64,000 nt of DNA from Candidatus Nomurabacteria bacterium (GTDB lineage: Bacteria; Patescibacteriota; Minisyncoccia; Phycocordibacterales; UBA9973), in NCBI GenBank assembly GCA_052035195.1, contig JBPOHU010000001.1, positions 104,031-168,030 on the forward strand, read 5' to 3'. The position numbers and the translations under genes are program-made. This document shows, in pieces, positions 18,794 through 28,623 of the stretch. How positions within the stretch are numbered: position 1 is the stretch's first letter; the number at the start of each line of letters is the position of its first letter. The notes beneath the pieces were generated by a model that worked only from the letters and a program-made list of their open reading frames with translations, ran no database searches and had not been told where the DNA came from.

Positions 18794-19000
18794 TTACTGC
18801 CAATAGTAGTATCCGTTTTTATCGTGATCTCTATATACTTCTTTTGTTACTGATGTATGAGCATAACAAGCCTTTTCTGCCTCTTTTGCATTTTCAAAAT
18901 CTTTGTCATAGAAATATACTTTTGTGGCATAGTGTTTTTGGTCATACACATAATCAGGGCTACTACCTTCTTTTTTAAGTGTGTCGCTATTATTTCCCAT
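18794..19000 (-). CDS. small Tyr-rich hypothetical protein (ORFan unit)
   Basis: 68-aa ORF with TTGACT promoter near 19030-19054 and terminator near 18754-18785. Confidence 0.55.
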   Translation of the reverse strand: MGNNSDTLKKEGSSPDYVYDQKHYATKVYFYDKDFENAKEAEKACYAHTSVTKEVYRDHDKNGYYYWQ

Positions 19001-19119
19001 AAAATAATATTTAAGCGGTTTTCTTTTAAAATATCATAAAATATAAAAAAGTCAAATGATGTTTTCTAATAAGAACCTTATAAACTATTTTAATCACAGC
19101 TCGTGTTATAATACCCTCC

Positions 19120-19656
19120 ATGTATAACTTAGATTCATTTAAGCAAGAAATGAAAGGCGCTTTGGAGTGGCTTTCAAAAGAATATAGTCAAATTCACACT
19201 GGACGAGCAAATCCGGCCCTTTTAGATGGGGTTCACGTGGATAGCTATGGCGTACTTCAACCACTTAAAAATACTGCTTCTATTTCTATAGAAGACCCAA
19301 AGACTCTTCGAGTTGTCCCTTGGGATAAAAGTATGAACAAAGGTATTGAAAAAGCGCTTCATGAAGCAAATTTAGGATTTTCCATAGCGGTTGATGATGC
19401 TGGTGTACGAGTTATTATCCCAGCCCTTACTACAGAGACTCGTGGACGTCTTGTAAAAATAGCGAAAGAAAGAATGGAAGAAGCACGTATTACTGTTCGT
19501 AAGGCAAGAGAAAGTGTTTTGACATCACTCAAAGACCAAGCATTACCCGAAGATACTTTTATAAGAGCAAAAGAAGAAGTACAAAAAATAGTTGATGCTT
19601 CAAATGCCTCTCTAGAAGGACTCTTCGAAAAGAAAGAGGGTGAAATTCTAAGCTAA
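19120..19656 (+). CDS. frr: ribosome recycling factor
   Basis: IHTGRANPALLD, VVPWDKS, EEARITVRKAR. Confidence 0.96.
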   Translation: MYNLDSFKQEMKGALEWLSKEYSQIHTGRANPALLDGVHVDSYGVLQPLKNTASISIEDPKTLRVVPWDKSMNKGIEKALHEANLGFSIAVDDAGVRVIIPALTTETRGRLVKIAKERMEEARITVRKARESVLTSLKDQALPEDTFIRAKEEVQKIVDASNASLEGLFEKKEGEILS

Positions 19657-19661
19657 ATATT

Positions 19662-20711
19662 ATGACAATTATTCTTTTTATTATTGTTTTACTTGTAACC
19701 GTACTTGTTCATGAGTGGGGGCATTTTATTGCTGCTAAAAAAAGTGGGATGTTAGTTGAAGAGTTTGGCTTTGGTATTCCTCCCAAGCTTTGGTCTTTCA
19801 AAAAAGGAGAAACAACATATTCTATAAATGCATTACCTTTTGGTGGTTTTGTAAAAATAGCCGGAGAAAACGGTATAGAAAGTGGCGTACCGGCAGATAG
19901 ACAATTTGAATCAAAACCTTGGTACAAACAAAGTATCGTTCTTGTCGCTGGAGTAGTTTGTAATATTTTATTAGCAATATTACTTTTTACTATTTCATAT
20001 AGTTTAGGAACTCCAACTCTTAGTGATTCTGGTACTCCTACTGTTTTACATGTCACAAAAGGAAGTCCGATTGATGAAGCTGGTATAAAAGTAGGCGACA
20101 CTATTACAAAAGTTGTTAAATACGATAAAGAGATAATTGTTATAAACACAGAAAACCTTAAAAAGGCAATCAATGATTCAATAGACCCTCTGACTATTAG
20201 TTTTGTAAGTAATAAAAAAGAAACAACTGTAGAAGTTTCTCCTAAAAAACAAGACGGAGTCACAGCGCTCGGAATAGGAGTAGAGAAAATCGCATTAGAA
20301 AAAACTTCTATAACAAAAGCCTTCGTTCGCGCAACAGAGCAAACTGTTTTTATTACTAAAAGTATCTTTGGTACTGTCGGACATTTAATAGGTTCTCTAT
20401 TTATAAAAGGGGATGAATCACAAGAAATCATAGGGCCTATAGGACTTGCTAATGAGATCAAAAATGCGTCTTCTATAGGCTTTGGCTACCTTCTTGCATT
20501 TACTGCCATGATTTCTATAAACCTTGCAGTTATCAACATTTTGCCTTTTCCAGCACTCGATGGAGGACGCCTAGTAATCGTTCTTTTAGAGAGAATTTCA
20601 CGTAAAAAATTCTCAAAAACATTCATAAATATCATACATGCCAGTGGGTTTATTCTACTTATTGGACTTATGATTTTCCTTAGTATTTCAGATATTGGTC
20701 GGCTTTTTTAG
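19662..20711 (+). CDS. rseP: RIP metalloprotease RseP (site-2 protease)
   Basis: HEWGH, PDZ-like region, NILPFPALDGG. Confidence 0.95.
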   Translation: MTIILFIIVLLVTVLVHEWGHFIAAKKSGMLVEEFGFGIPPKLWSFKKGETTYSINALPFGGFVKIAGENGIESGVPADRQFESKPWYKQSIVLVAGVVCNILLAILLFTISYSLGTPTLSDSGTPTVLHVTKGSPIDEAGIKVGDTITKVVKYDKEIIVINTENLKKAINDSIDPLTISFVSNKKETTVEVSPKKQDGVTALGIGVEKIALEKTSITKAFVRATEQTVFITKSIFGTVGHLIGSLFIKGDESQEIIGPIGLANEIKNASSIGFGYLLAFTAMISINLAVINILPFPALDGGRLVIVLLERISRKKFSKTFINIIHASGFILLIGLMIFLSISDIGRLF

Positions 20712-20792
20712 AGAAGTTGACTAATTGTTGACTTTTTCTACATCCATGATAAAGTTGTTACATTGATACGTTAAGTTTAGATTAAAAAACAT

Positions 20793-21833
20793 ATGGCAGT
20801 TATAAGCTTCAAACCAAAACAAGTCACAAAAAGGTTACTCGGAACCCTTCAAGATCGCGCCCATGATATTATCGTAAATCGATATGGTCTTGGTGACGAC
20901 GCTGATTCAAAAACACTAGAAGCAATAGGAAAAAAATACGGTATTACTAGAGAGCGAGTAAGACAAATCGAAAATGCGGCTCTTTCTGCCATCCGCAAAA
21001 GCGATAATTTCAAATCTGAACACAAAACTTTTTCTGAACTTAAAGACTTAGTTCAAAGTATGGGTGCTCTTGTACACGAAGAAGATTTTCTTTCTTCTGT
21101 GGCAAAAGACACAATGACTCAAAACCACATTCATTTTTACCTAGTTCTAGGTGATGAATTTAAAAAACTAAAAGAAGACGACCACTTCAAGAGTCGTTGG
21201 ACAATAGACGAAAAGCTCTCTGATGTAGTTCACGACGCTCTTCATAGTGTTTACAAAAATCTAAGTGACAAAGATCTTCTTTCTGAGAATGATTTAGTAA
21301 TAAGGTTTATAGATGAGTTAAAAGACGTTTCTCAACAATACAAAAACGAAGAAATTGCTAAAAGATGGCTTTCTATTTCAAAGAAAATCGCCAAGAACCC
21401 TCTTGGAGAATGGGGTCCTTCTGACTCTCAAAACGTAAAAACTCGTGGTATCAAAGACTTTGCATACTTGATGATGAAAAAACACGGTTCTCCTATGCAC
21501 TTCCGTGAAGTAGCAAAAGCTATAGTTGATACTTTTGGACGAAAGACACATGTAGCAACAACTCACAATGAGCTTATTAAAGACCCTAGATTTGTTTTAG
21601 TTGGACGTGGATACTACGCACTAGAAGAATGGGGATACAAGCCTGGAGTAGTTAGAGATGTTATCGCTGAAATATTACAAAAAGAAGGACCTCTAACAAA
21701 AGAAGAAGTTGTTGACCGAGTTCTTAAAGAACGTTTTCTAAAGAAAAATACTATTCTAGTAAATCTACAAAATCCTGCATACTTTACAAAGCAGTCAGAC
21801 GGTAAATACACTGTTGCTAGTAAGAAAAAATAA
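20793..21833 (+). CDS. sigma70 region-4 domain plus HARE-HTH (RpoE delta-like) protein
   Basis: TLEAIGKKYGITRERVRQIE; PMHFREVA..HNELIKDPRFVLVGRGYYALEEWG. Confidence 0.8.
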   Translation: MAVISFKPKQVTKRLLGTLQDRAHDIIVNRYGLGDDADSKTLEAIGKKYGITRERVRQIENAALSAIRKSDNFKSEHKTFSELKDLVQSMGALVHEEDFLSSVAKDTMTQNHIHFYLVLGDEFKKLKEDDHFKSRWTIDEKLSDVVHDALHSVYKNLSDKDLLSENDLVIRFIDELKDVSQQYKNEEIAKRWLSISKKIAKNPLGEWGPSDSQNVKTRGIKDFAYLMMKKHGSPMHFREVAKAIVDTFGRKTHVATTHNELIKDPRFVLVGRGYYALEEWGYKPGVVRDVIAEILQKEGPLTKEEVVDRVLKERFLKKNTILVNLQNPAYFTKQSDGKYTVASKKK

Positions 21834-21845
21834 TCTTATTTTATT

Positions 21846-22346
21846 ATGGCAGATGCACCATCAGGCGGAGGATCAAGTTGGGGAGCATTCGAAGTAATTC
21901 TTGCCCTTCTTTTAGGTATTGCACTTCTTTCAGCTATTTCTAATAAAGGCGTAGCTACTCCACCATTTAAAGAGACTACAAAAAAAGAAACGATTTCTAA
22001 AGTAGACGATAGTGCTAATCGTTGCGGGCTTTCTATTAGCGCACCTCTTTCTATGCAAAAAACCTATGGAAGTGTTAGATTGTCTGGTCTTACATCTGGT
22101 TGTAATTGGCCACTAGAAGGTACTACAGCATTATTTGCTCAAGTTATAAACGGAGCAGGCGTTCCTGTTTCTGATTTCATCACTGTACAAAAAAATGATT
22201 CAGATATTCTCAATAATGCCTTTGATACAACAATACAAATAAATGGAAATCCAACTGGAACAGGTTACCTCATTTTGATTCCTGCAAAACAACAAGAAGG
22301 TAAATCAATCACTGTTCGTATTCCACTACAATTTGTTCGAAACTAA
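21846..22346 (+). CDS. membrane-anchored Ig-like (Gmad2-like) protein
   Basis: N-terminal TM and a beta-rich domain ending GYLILI...VRIPLQF. Confidence 0.55.
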   Translation: MADAPSGGGSSWGAFEVILALLLGIALLSAISNKGVATPPFKETTKKETISKVDDSANRCGLSISAPLSMQKTYGSVRLSGLTSGCNWPLEGTTALFAQVINGAGVPVSDFITVQKNDSDILNNAFDTTIQINGNPTGTGYLILIPAKQQEGKSITVRIPLQFVRN

Positions 22347-22371
22347 TACTTCATAATGCTATACTAAGACA

Positions 22372-23640
22372 ATGCAATCGTCTGTTAGCGCAATTTCATT
22401 TTTAAACCAAATTGCTATTTTCATCGCAGTACCAATTTTAATAATTGTTGCTTGGAATCTATGGCTCAGCTACATTCAAACTGTTTTTCTAAAAGGTCTA
22501 AAATGGACACTGTTAGAAGTTAAGCCTCCAAAAGAAGTTTTCAAATCTCCAGCGGCAATGGAGCTAGTTCTCAACTCTCTTTATGCAGGAGCTCAAGGTG
22601 GAGACTGGTATACAAAATACTGGAAAGGAGAAGTGAGCTTGTGGCATTCTCTTGAAATTATTTCTATTGAGGGACAAGTTAGGTTTTTTATCCGTACTCC
22701 AGAAAAATTCAAAAAGATGGTGGAAGCTCAGATATACGCTCAGTACCCTCAAGCTGAGGTTTTTGAAGCTGAAGATTATACAAAATCAGTCCCTAATTAC
22801 GAAAAAGATAGTACATTTAATATTTGGGCTTGTAACTTTGTGCTTTCAAAAGATGATATATACCCTATAAAGTCTTATGTGGACTATGGGCTTGATAAAT
22901 CCGTAGGATCTTTAGAAGAAGAACAACGTATAGACCCTATAACCCCTATGATTGAATTCTTGGGGTCTCTTAATCTAGGAGAGCAAATTTGGTTTCAAAT
23001 ACTGATACGACCAGACACAAAAAGATTTTCTATAAAAGGAAAAGAAGGAAAAATAGAAGAAGGTAAAGACTGGAAAGCAAAAGCCCAAGAAACAATAAAA
23101 GAACTAAATGAAAAACTAAAAGAAAAAGACGCGGATGGTAAAACAGTTGTAGGTAAACCAACAAAAGCTCAACAAGGTATTATTGAGGCTATAGAAAGAC
23201 ATGCTGCAAAATTTGGCTTTGATGCTCATATACGCGCTTTATATATTGCTGAGAAATCTGCTTTTAATGCTGGAACAAGAGCGCCTTCTTTAATAGGATC
23301 ACTGCGACAGTATGCATCAAGCGATTTAAATGGTTTTAAACCAGATAAGGCTACAAAGGTTGATTTTCCTTGGCAAGATATATTTGGAACCAAAGTGGCA
23401 AAAATGAAATCAGGATTTTTAAAAAAATACAAATCAAGAGGATTTTTCTATGGAGGATTTGATTTCAAAGAAATAGGAGCTTACTTTACTCACCCAAATA
23501 AAGATGGTGGAAAGCCTTATATTCTCTCAACAGAAGAGCTTGCTACTATATTTCACCTTCCAGGAAAAGTATCAGAAACTCCTACATTTACTCGTATTGA
23601 GTCTAAGAAAGCTGAACCACCAGCAAATCTTCCTATTTAA
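22372..23640 (+). CDS. conserved membrane-anchored protein resembling the N-terminal domain of CPR VirD4-like proteins
   Basis: TM, SLEII, AQIYAQYP, YPIKSY, ILSTEELATIFHLP and EPPANLP. Confidence 0.6.
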   Translation: MQSSVSAISFLNQIAIFIAVPILIIVAWNLWLSYIQTVFLKGLKWTLLEVKPPKEVFKSPAAMELVLNSLYAGAQGGDWYTKYWKGEVSLWHSLEIISIEGQVRFFIRTPEKFKKMVEAQIYAQYPQAEVFEAEDYTKSVPNYEKDSTFNIWACNFVLSKDDIYPIKSYVDYGLDKSVGSLEEEQRIDPITPMIEFLGSLNLGEQIWFQILIRPDTKRFSIKGKEGKIEEGKDWKAKAQETIKELNEKLKEKDADGKTVVGKPTKAQQGIIEAIERHAAKFGFDAHIRALYIAEKSAFNAGTRAPSLIGSLRQYASSDLNGFKPDKATKVDFPWQDIFGTKVAKMKSGFLKKYKSRGFFYGGFDFKEIGAYFTHPNKDGGKPYILSTEELATIFHLPGKVSETPTFTRIESKKAEPPANLPI

Positions 23641-23648
23641 AATAAACT

Positions 23649-24614
23649 ATGGACTCTAAAAAATACATTAATCGTGTAGTCGTATTAGGAATAATAGTTC
23701 TAGCTCTTTATGGCGCTATTAGCGCTGTAAACTGGGTAATACTTCCTCCGTCCACTTTCCCAACTCCTTATCGTGTAACAATAAATAGCGGGCAATCTTT
23801 ATTTTCTATATCAGAAGAGCTATCAAAAGACGGAGCAATCAGATCAAAGCGCGTATTTGAAATGCTAATGATGACTTTTGGAAGTGATAAAACAATAAAC
23901 AAAGGAGAGTACTACTTTGAAAAACCTATTAGTGTTGTCGGTGTGGCTCTTAGAATATCAGGTAGAGATTTTGGTGTTGATAGAAAAAAAATTACTTTCC
24001 CAGAAGGTTTTACAAATAAACAAATTGCTATGCGTTTGGATAAAGAGCTCAGTGATTTTGATAGTAATCTATTTTTAGAACTTGCAAAAGACAGTGAAGG
24101 ATATCTTTTTCCTGATACTTATAACTTTTTTCCATGGTCAACACCTGAAGTTGTCTTGAGTACTCTTAAAAAAACATTTGAACAAAAAACAGAGTCTCTA
24201 AACGACGAGGTTTCTAAATCAAAACGTTCATTAAAAGAAATTATGATTATGGCTTCTCTTATAGAAAAAGAAGCGAGAGGAGAAGAAGATAGATATATTA
24301 TTTCTGGTATTTTATGGAAAAGAATAGAAAAAGGTATTCCTTTGCAAGTAGATGCACCATTTCTTTATATCTTAGGCAAAGAAAGTAGCGAGCTTACAAT
24401 AAGTGACTTATCAACAAATTCACCTTTTAACACTTACCGATATAAAGGATTACCGCCTGCTCCTATTGGAAACCCTGGTTTAGAATCAATAAAAGCCTCA
24501 CTTCGACCAACCAACTCACCTTATCTCTATTATTTGCACGACAAGAATGGTAATATCTACTACGCTAAAACTTATGATGAGCATAAGCAAAATATAAAAA
24601 AGTACTTAAAATAA
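23649..24614 (+). CDS. mltG: endolytic transglycosylase MltG
   Basis: TFPEG, EGYLFPDTY, ASLIEKE, LQVDA, NTYRYKGLPPAPIGNPG. Confidence 0.95.
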   Translation: MDSKKYINRVVVLGIIVLALYGAISAVNWVILPPSTFPTPYRVTINSGQSLFSISEELSKDGAIRSKRVFEMLMMTFGSDKTINKGEYYFEKPISVVGVALRISGRDFGVDRKKITFPEGFTNKQIAMRLDKELSDFDSNLFLELAKDSEGYLFPDTYNFFPWSTPEVVLSTLKKTFEQKTESLNDEVSKSKRSLKEIMIMASLIEKEARGEEDRYIISGILWKRIEKGIPLQVDAPFLYILGKESSELTISDLSTNSPFNTYRYKGLPPAPIGNPGLESIKASLRPTNSPYLYYLHDKNGNIYYAKTYDEHKQNIKKYLK

Positions 24615-24615
24615 A

Positions 24616-25155
24616 ATGTTAAATCAAACTCTCGCTTTTATAGATATTGAAACTACTGGACTAGACAGAGACACTCATGAAATTATTGAGCTTGGTGCTG
24701 TTATTGCACGAATGAAAGATGGTGAATTTGTTGTAACAGATGAGCTTAACCTTAAAATTCAACCAAAAAACTTAGAGAAAGCTGAGCCTCAAGCTCTTCG
24801 TATAAACGGCTACAATGAAGCAGACTGGTTATTTGCTGTCTCTTTAGAAGATGCGATGAAAGAACTAGCCAAAAAAGCTGACGGGGCTGTATTTGTGGCT
24901 CACAATGTGACCTTTGATTATGGCTTTATAGAAAGTGCTTTCAAAAAAACAAATATTGAAAACAAAATGCATTATCACAAAATAGATACTATATCTTTAG
25001 CTTTTGGGATACTCCATAGTAACGATGATCTAGGCAAACTTTCTTTGAAAGCCTTATGTGAAAAATATGGTATTGAAAATAAAAAAGCGCACAGTGCCTT
25101 TGCAGACGCCTATGCAACTTACGAAGTATTTAAAAAACTAATGAATTTAAAATAA
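24616..25155 (+). CDS. DEDDh 3'-5' exonuclease (DnaQ-like)
   Basis: DIETTG, AHNVTFD, HSAFADA. Confidence 0.92.
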   Translation: MLNQTLAFIDIETTGLDRDTHEIIELGAVIARMKDGEFVVTDELNLKIQPKNLEKAEPQALRINGYNEADWLFAVSLEDAMKELAKKADGAVFVAHNVTFDYGFIESAFKKTNIENKMHYHKIDTISLAFGILHSNDDLGKLSLKALCEKYGIENKKAHSAFADAYATYEVFKKLMNLK

Positions 25156-25175
25156 GACTGTGTTAGTATCTCGTT

Positions 25176-26222
25176 GTGAAAGAAAAAACTAAAAAAATAT
25201 TTGTAGGTATCTCTGGTGGGGTAGACTCATCTGTTGTCGCATATTTACTTAAAAAACAAGGCCGCGATGTACACGGGGTCTTCGTAAAGACATGGTCACC
25301 AGAGTGGATGCCTTGTACCTGGATAGATGAAAAGCGTGATGCTATGCGTGTTTGCGCTGCATTAGATATACCATTTCATTATTTGGACGCTGAAGAAGCC
25401 TATAAACAAGGCGTGGCTGACTATATGATTGCCGAGTACAAAGCAGGTCGTACTCCAAACCCTGACGTATTGTGCAACCGTATTATCAAATTTGGTGTAC
25501 TTTGGGATTATGTGAAAAGCCAAGGAGGGGAATATATCGCCACTGGTCACTATGCACGTACTGATAGTGCTCACTTAATGAAAGGAGTAGACGAATCAAA
25601 AGACCAAAGTTATTTCCTTTGGATGCTTTCAAAAGAAGAGCTATCTCATATTCTTTTCCCAATTGGTCACCTACAAAAGTCTGAGGTACGAACCTTAGCA
25701 GAGAAAGCAAATCTTTTTACCAGTGAAAAGAAAGACAGCCAGGGTATTTGTTTCTTAGGAGATGTTGATATGAGAGAATTTTTATCTCACTACATAGAAC
25801 AGAAAAAAGGTCTTGTCATTGATACTGATGGAAATACTATAGGAGAACACAACGGTATCTGGTTTTATACACTAGGGGAAAGACATGGCTTTAAACTATC
25901 TAAACAAACAACAGACCAAAAGCCTTACTATGTGGTAGCAAAAAATCTTGAAACAAATACTCTTGTCGTATCTCATGAATCAGTAAAAAGGTCTGATTCA
26001 TCGAACCAAACAATTACTCTTAGAGATACTTCGTGGTTAGAAAAAATAGAGGGAGACTGTGAAGCCCAGATCCGCTATCACGGAGAGTTAATCCCGGCAA
26101 AAATAATAAATGGTTACACTGTTGAGCTCTCATATCAAGGAGTTATTGCTGAAGGCCAATCTCTTGTTTTATATAAAGACGAAATACTTGTGGGAGGAGG
26201 AGTGATAGAAAAAGTTTTATAG
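25176..26222 (+). CDS. mnmA: tRNA 2-thiouridylase MnmA
   Basis: SGGVDS, TPNPDVLCN, ATGHYA, KDQSYFL, DSQGICF. Confidence 0.97.
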   Translation: MKEKTKKIFVGISGGVDSSVVAYLLKKQGRDVHGVFVKTWSPEWMPCTWIDEKRDAMRVCAALDIPFHYLDAEEAYKQGVADYMIAEYKAGRTPNPDVLCNRIIKFGVLWDYVKSQGGEYIATGHYARTDSAHLMKGVDESKDQSYFLWMLSKEELSHILFPIGHLQKSEVRTLAEKANLFTSEKKDSQGICFLGDVDMREFLSHYIEQKKGLVIDTDGNTIGEHNGIWFYTLGERHGFKLSKQTTDQKPYYVVAKNLETNTLVVSHESVKRSDSSNQTITLRDTSWLEKIEGDCEAQIRYHGELIPAKIINGYTVELSYQGVIAEGQSLVLYKDEILVGGGVIEKVL

Positions 26223-26255
26223 ATTTTTGATATAAATACAAGTATACTTGTTTAT

Positions 26256-26732
26256 ATGCAAAATTTTTTAAACATACTAAGTACTGATATCTTTTTAAGT
26301 CTTTTTATTGCTATGGCTCTTGGTATTGTTATTGGTGTAGAGCGTTTTATAGCAGGTAAAACAGCGGGCATGCGTACTTATACACTTATTTCTATGGGAT
26401 CTGCTCTTTTTGTTATTATTTCTCAAATGGTTACTTCTAGGCTTATTGATCAAACTTTTGACCCAATGCGTATAGCAGCCCAGATTGTTGCAGCTGCCGG
26501 CTTCTTGGGTGTTGGAGCTATTTTTCATAAAGATAACCAAATTAGCGGGGTAACAACTGCCGCTGGACTTTGGGTATCCGCAGGAGTAGGTATGGCTTGT
26601 GGTTTTGGTTTATACCAACTTGCAGTAACAGTTACTTTGCTCACACTTTTCACCTTTATTGTTTTGTGGTTTATCGAAAAACAAATTCGTAAATTTTCTA
26701 GACAAGACGACCAAACATCTCATTCCCTTTAG
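26256..26732 (+). CDS. MgtC/SapB family membrane protein
   Basis: IGVER, AGMRT, DPMRIAAQIV, GVTTAAGLW. Confidence 0.93.
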   Translation: MQNFLNILSTDIFLSLFIAMALGIVIGVERFIAGKTAGMRTYTLISMGSALFVIISQMVTSRLIDQTFDPMRIAAQIVAAAGFLGVGAIFHKDNQISGVTTAAGLWVSAGVGMACGFGLYQLAVTVTLLTLFTFIVLWFIEKQIRKFSRQDDQTSHSL

Positions 26733-26759
26733 TCTTTTTTATGGTAAAGTGTTCTACAT

Positions 26760-28508
26760 ATGAAATCTTTTGAGGTTCGTAAGCGATTTTTAGACTTTTT
26801 TGAGAAACGTGGACATGCGATTATACCTAGTGCTTCTTTGGTGCCCAAAAATGACCCTTCTGTGCTTTTTAATACTGCTGGTATGCAACCACTCGTACCA
26901 TATCTTATGGGTGAAAAACACCCACTAGGAAGTCGTTTAGCAAGTTGTCAAAAGTGTGTTCGTACTGGGGATATAGAAGATATTGGGGACGCTAGACACC
27001 TTAGTTTTTTTGAAATGCTTGGTAACTGGTCTTTGGGAGATTATTTCAAAGAAGATGCTATTGCTTGGAGTTTTGAATTTTTAACTTCAAAAGAAGAGGG
27101 TTTAGGTCTTGATCCAAATCGTTTATATGTAACTGTCTTTGAAGGAGACGAGGATGCACCAAGAGACTTGGAAGCAGTAGAAATATGGAAAAAGTTTATT
27201 CCAGAGCATCGCATTTATTTCCTACCAAAGAAAAACAACTGGTGGAGCCCAGGAGACAATGGTCCGTGTGGACCTGATACTGAGATGTTCTATGATGTCA
27301 CTGAAAAAGGTCTAGGAGATATGACTCATGAAGAGTATGTAGATGCTGATGATAGGGGAGCTATTGTTGAAATCTGGAACGACGTATTTATGGAATACGA
27401 GAAGAAAGATGGCAAAGTAATAGGGAAGCTCAATCAAAAAAACGTTGATACAGGGAGCGGTCTTGAGCGCATAACAATGATTGTTCAAGGTAAAACAAAT
27501 GTTTACGAAACAGATGTTTTTTCTTCAGCAATAGAATTCATTGACCTTAATACCAAAGGAATACCAGATGAGCGTAGCTCTCGTATTATTGCTGATCATG
27601 TACGCAGCGCAACAATGCTTATCGCAGACGGAGTTTTCCCTTCAAACAAAGACCAAGGCTATGTACTTAGAAGATTTATTCGCAGAGCAGTAGTCCAAGC
27701 AAAAAATATCGGTTTTTCTTATGAGCTTCTTGGTGTATTACAAAGTGGCTTCATGGCAAAATACGAAGACATATATGAAGAACTTAAAGAAAATATAGAA
27801 GGACAAAAAGAAGTATTCAACAAAGAGGTAGAGAAATTTATCAAAACACTTGAAGCAGGATTAAAAGAGTTTGAGAAGGGAACAGATCCATTCATACTAG
27901 CTACTACTTATGGTTTTCCTATTGAAATTACAGAAGAAATAGCAAAAGAAAAAGGTATTTCTATAGACAGAGAAGACTTTGATACAAAAATGAAGGCTCA
28001 CCAAGATGCGTCTCGTGCAGGAGCAGAACAAAAGTTCAAAGGAGGTCTCGCAAACACAAGCGAGCAAACTACCAAGCTCCATACTGCACACCACCTACTT
28101 CTTAAGGCTCTTCAAGAAGTCGTAAATCCTGATATCCACCAAAAAGGTTCAAATATTACAGAAGAACGCCTGCGTATAGATTTTAACTTTGATAGAAAGC
28201 TGACAGAAGAAGAAAAGACTGCTGTTGAAGAGCGGGTTAACATATGGATTGCGTACGATCTTAATGTTGTGAAGCGTGATATGCCTAAAGAAGAAGCCGA
28301 AAAACTTGGTGCTGAAATGGAATTTGGAGTTAAATATCCTGATATTGTTTCTGTTTATTTTATTGAAGACAAAGAAGGTAATCATGTCTCTAAAGAATTT
28401 TGTGGTGGACCACACGTAGAGCACACAGGATTACTAGGAGTTTTCAAAATCCAAAAGGAAGAAGCCTCCTCTGCTGGAGTACGCCGTATAAAAGCGATCT
28501 TACAATAA
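26760..28508 (+). CDS. alaS: alanine--tRNA ligase (short form)
   Basis: FNTAGMQ, FFEMLGNWS, GPCGP, DTGSGLER; editing motifs HTAHH and CGGPH. Confidence 0.95.
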   Translation: MKSFEVRKRFLDFFEKRGHAIIPSASLVPKNDPSVLFNTAGMQPLVPYLMGEKHPLGSRLASCQKCVRTGDIEDIGDARHLSFFEMLGNWSLGDYFKEDAIAWSFEFLTSKEEGLGLDPNRLYVTVFEGDEDAPRDLEAVEIWKKFIPEHRIYFLPKKNNWWSPGDNGPCGPDTEMFYDVTEKGLGDMTHEEYVDADDRGAIVEIWNDVFMEYEKKDGKVIGKLNQKNVDTGSGLERITMIVQGKTNVYETDVFSSAIEFIDLNTKGIPDERSSRIIADHVRSATMLIADGVFPSNKDQGYVLRRFIRRAVVQAKNIGFSYELLGVLQSGFMAKYEDIYEELKENIEGQKEVFNKEVEKFIKTLEAGLKEFEKGTDPFILATTYGFPIEITEEIAKEKGISIDREDFDTKMKAHQDASRAGAEQKFKGGLANTSEQTTKLHTAHHLLLKALQEVVNPDIHQKGSNITEERLRIDFNFDRKLTEEEKTAVEERVNIWIAYDLNVVKRDMPKEEAEKLGAEMEFGVKYPDIVSVYFIEDKEGNHVSKEFCGGPHVEHTGLLGVFKIQKEEASSAGVRRIKAILQ

Positions 28509-28623
28509 TTTTTTATATAACGAGGATATAGTACTATTACTTTTGCATTGAGGACTCTGCGTAGGCATCCGCAAAAAGAAAGTAATGGTACTGTATCCGA
28601 GTGTAATGCTATACTATATACAC

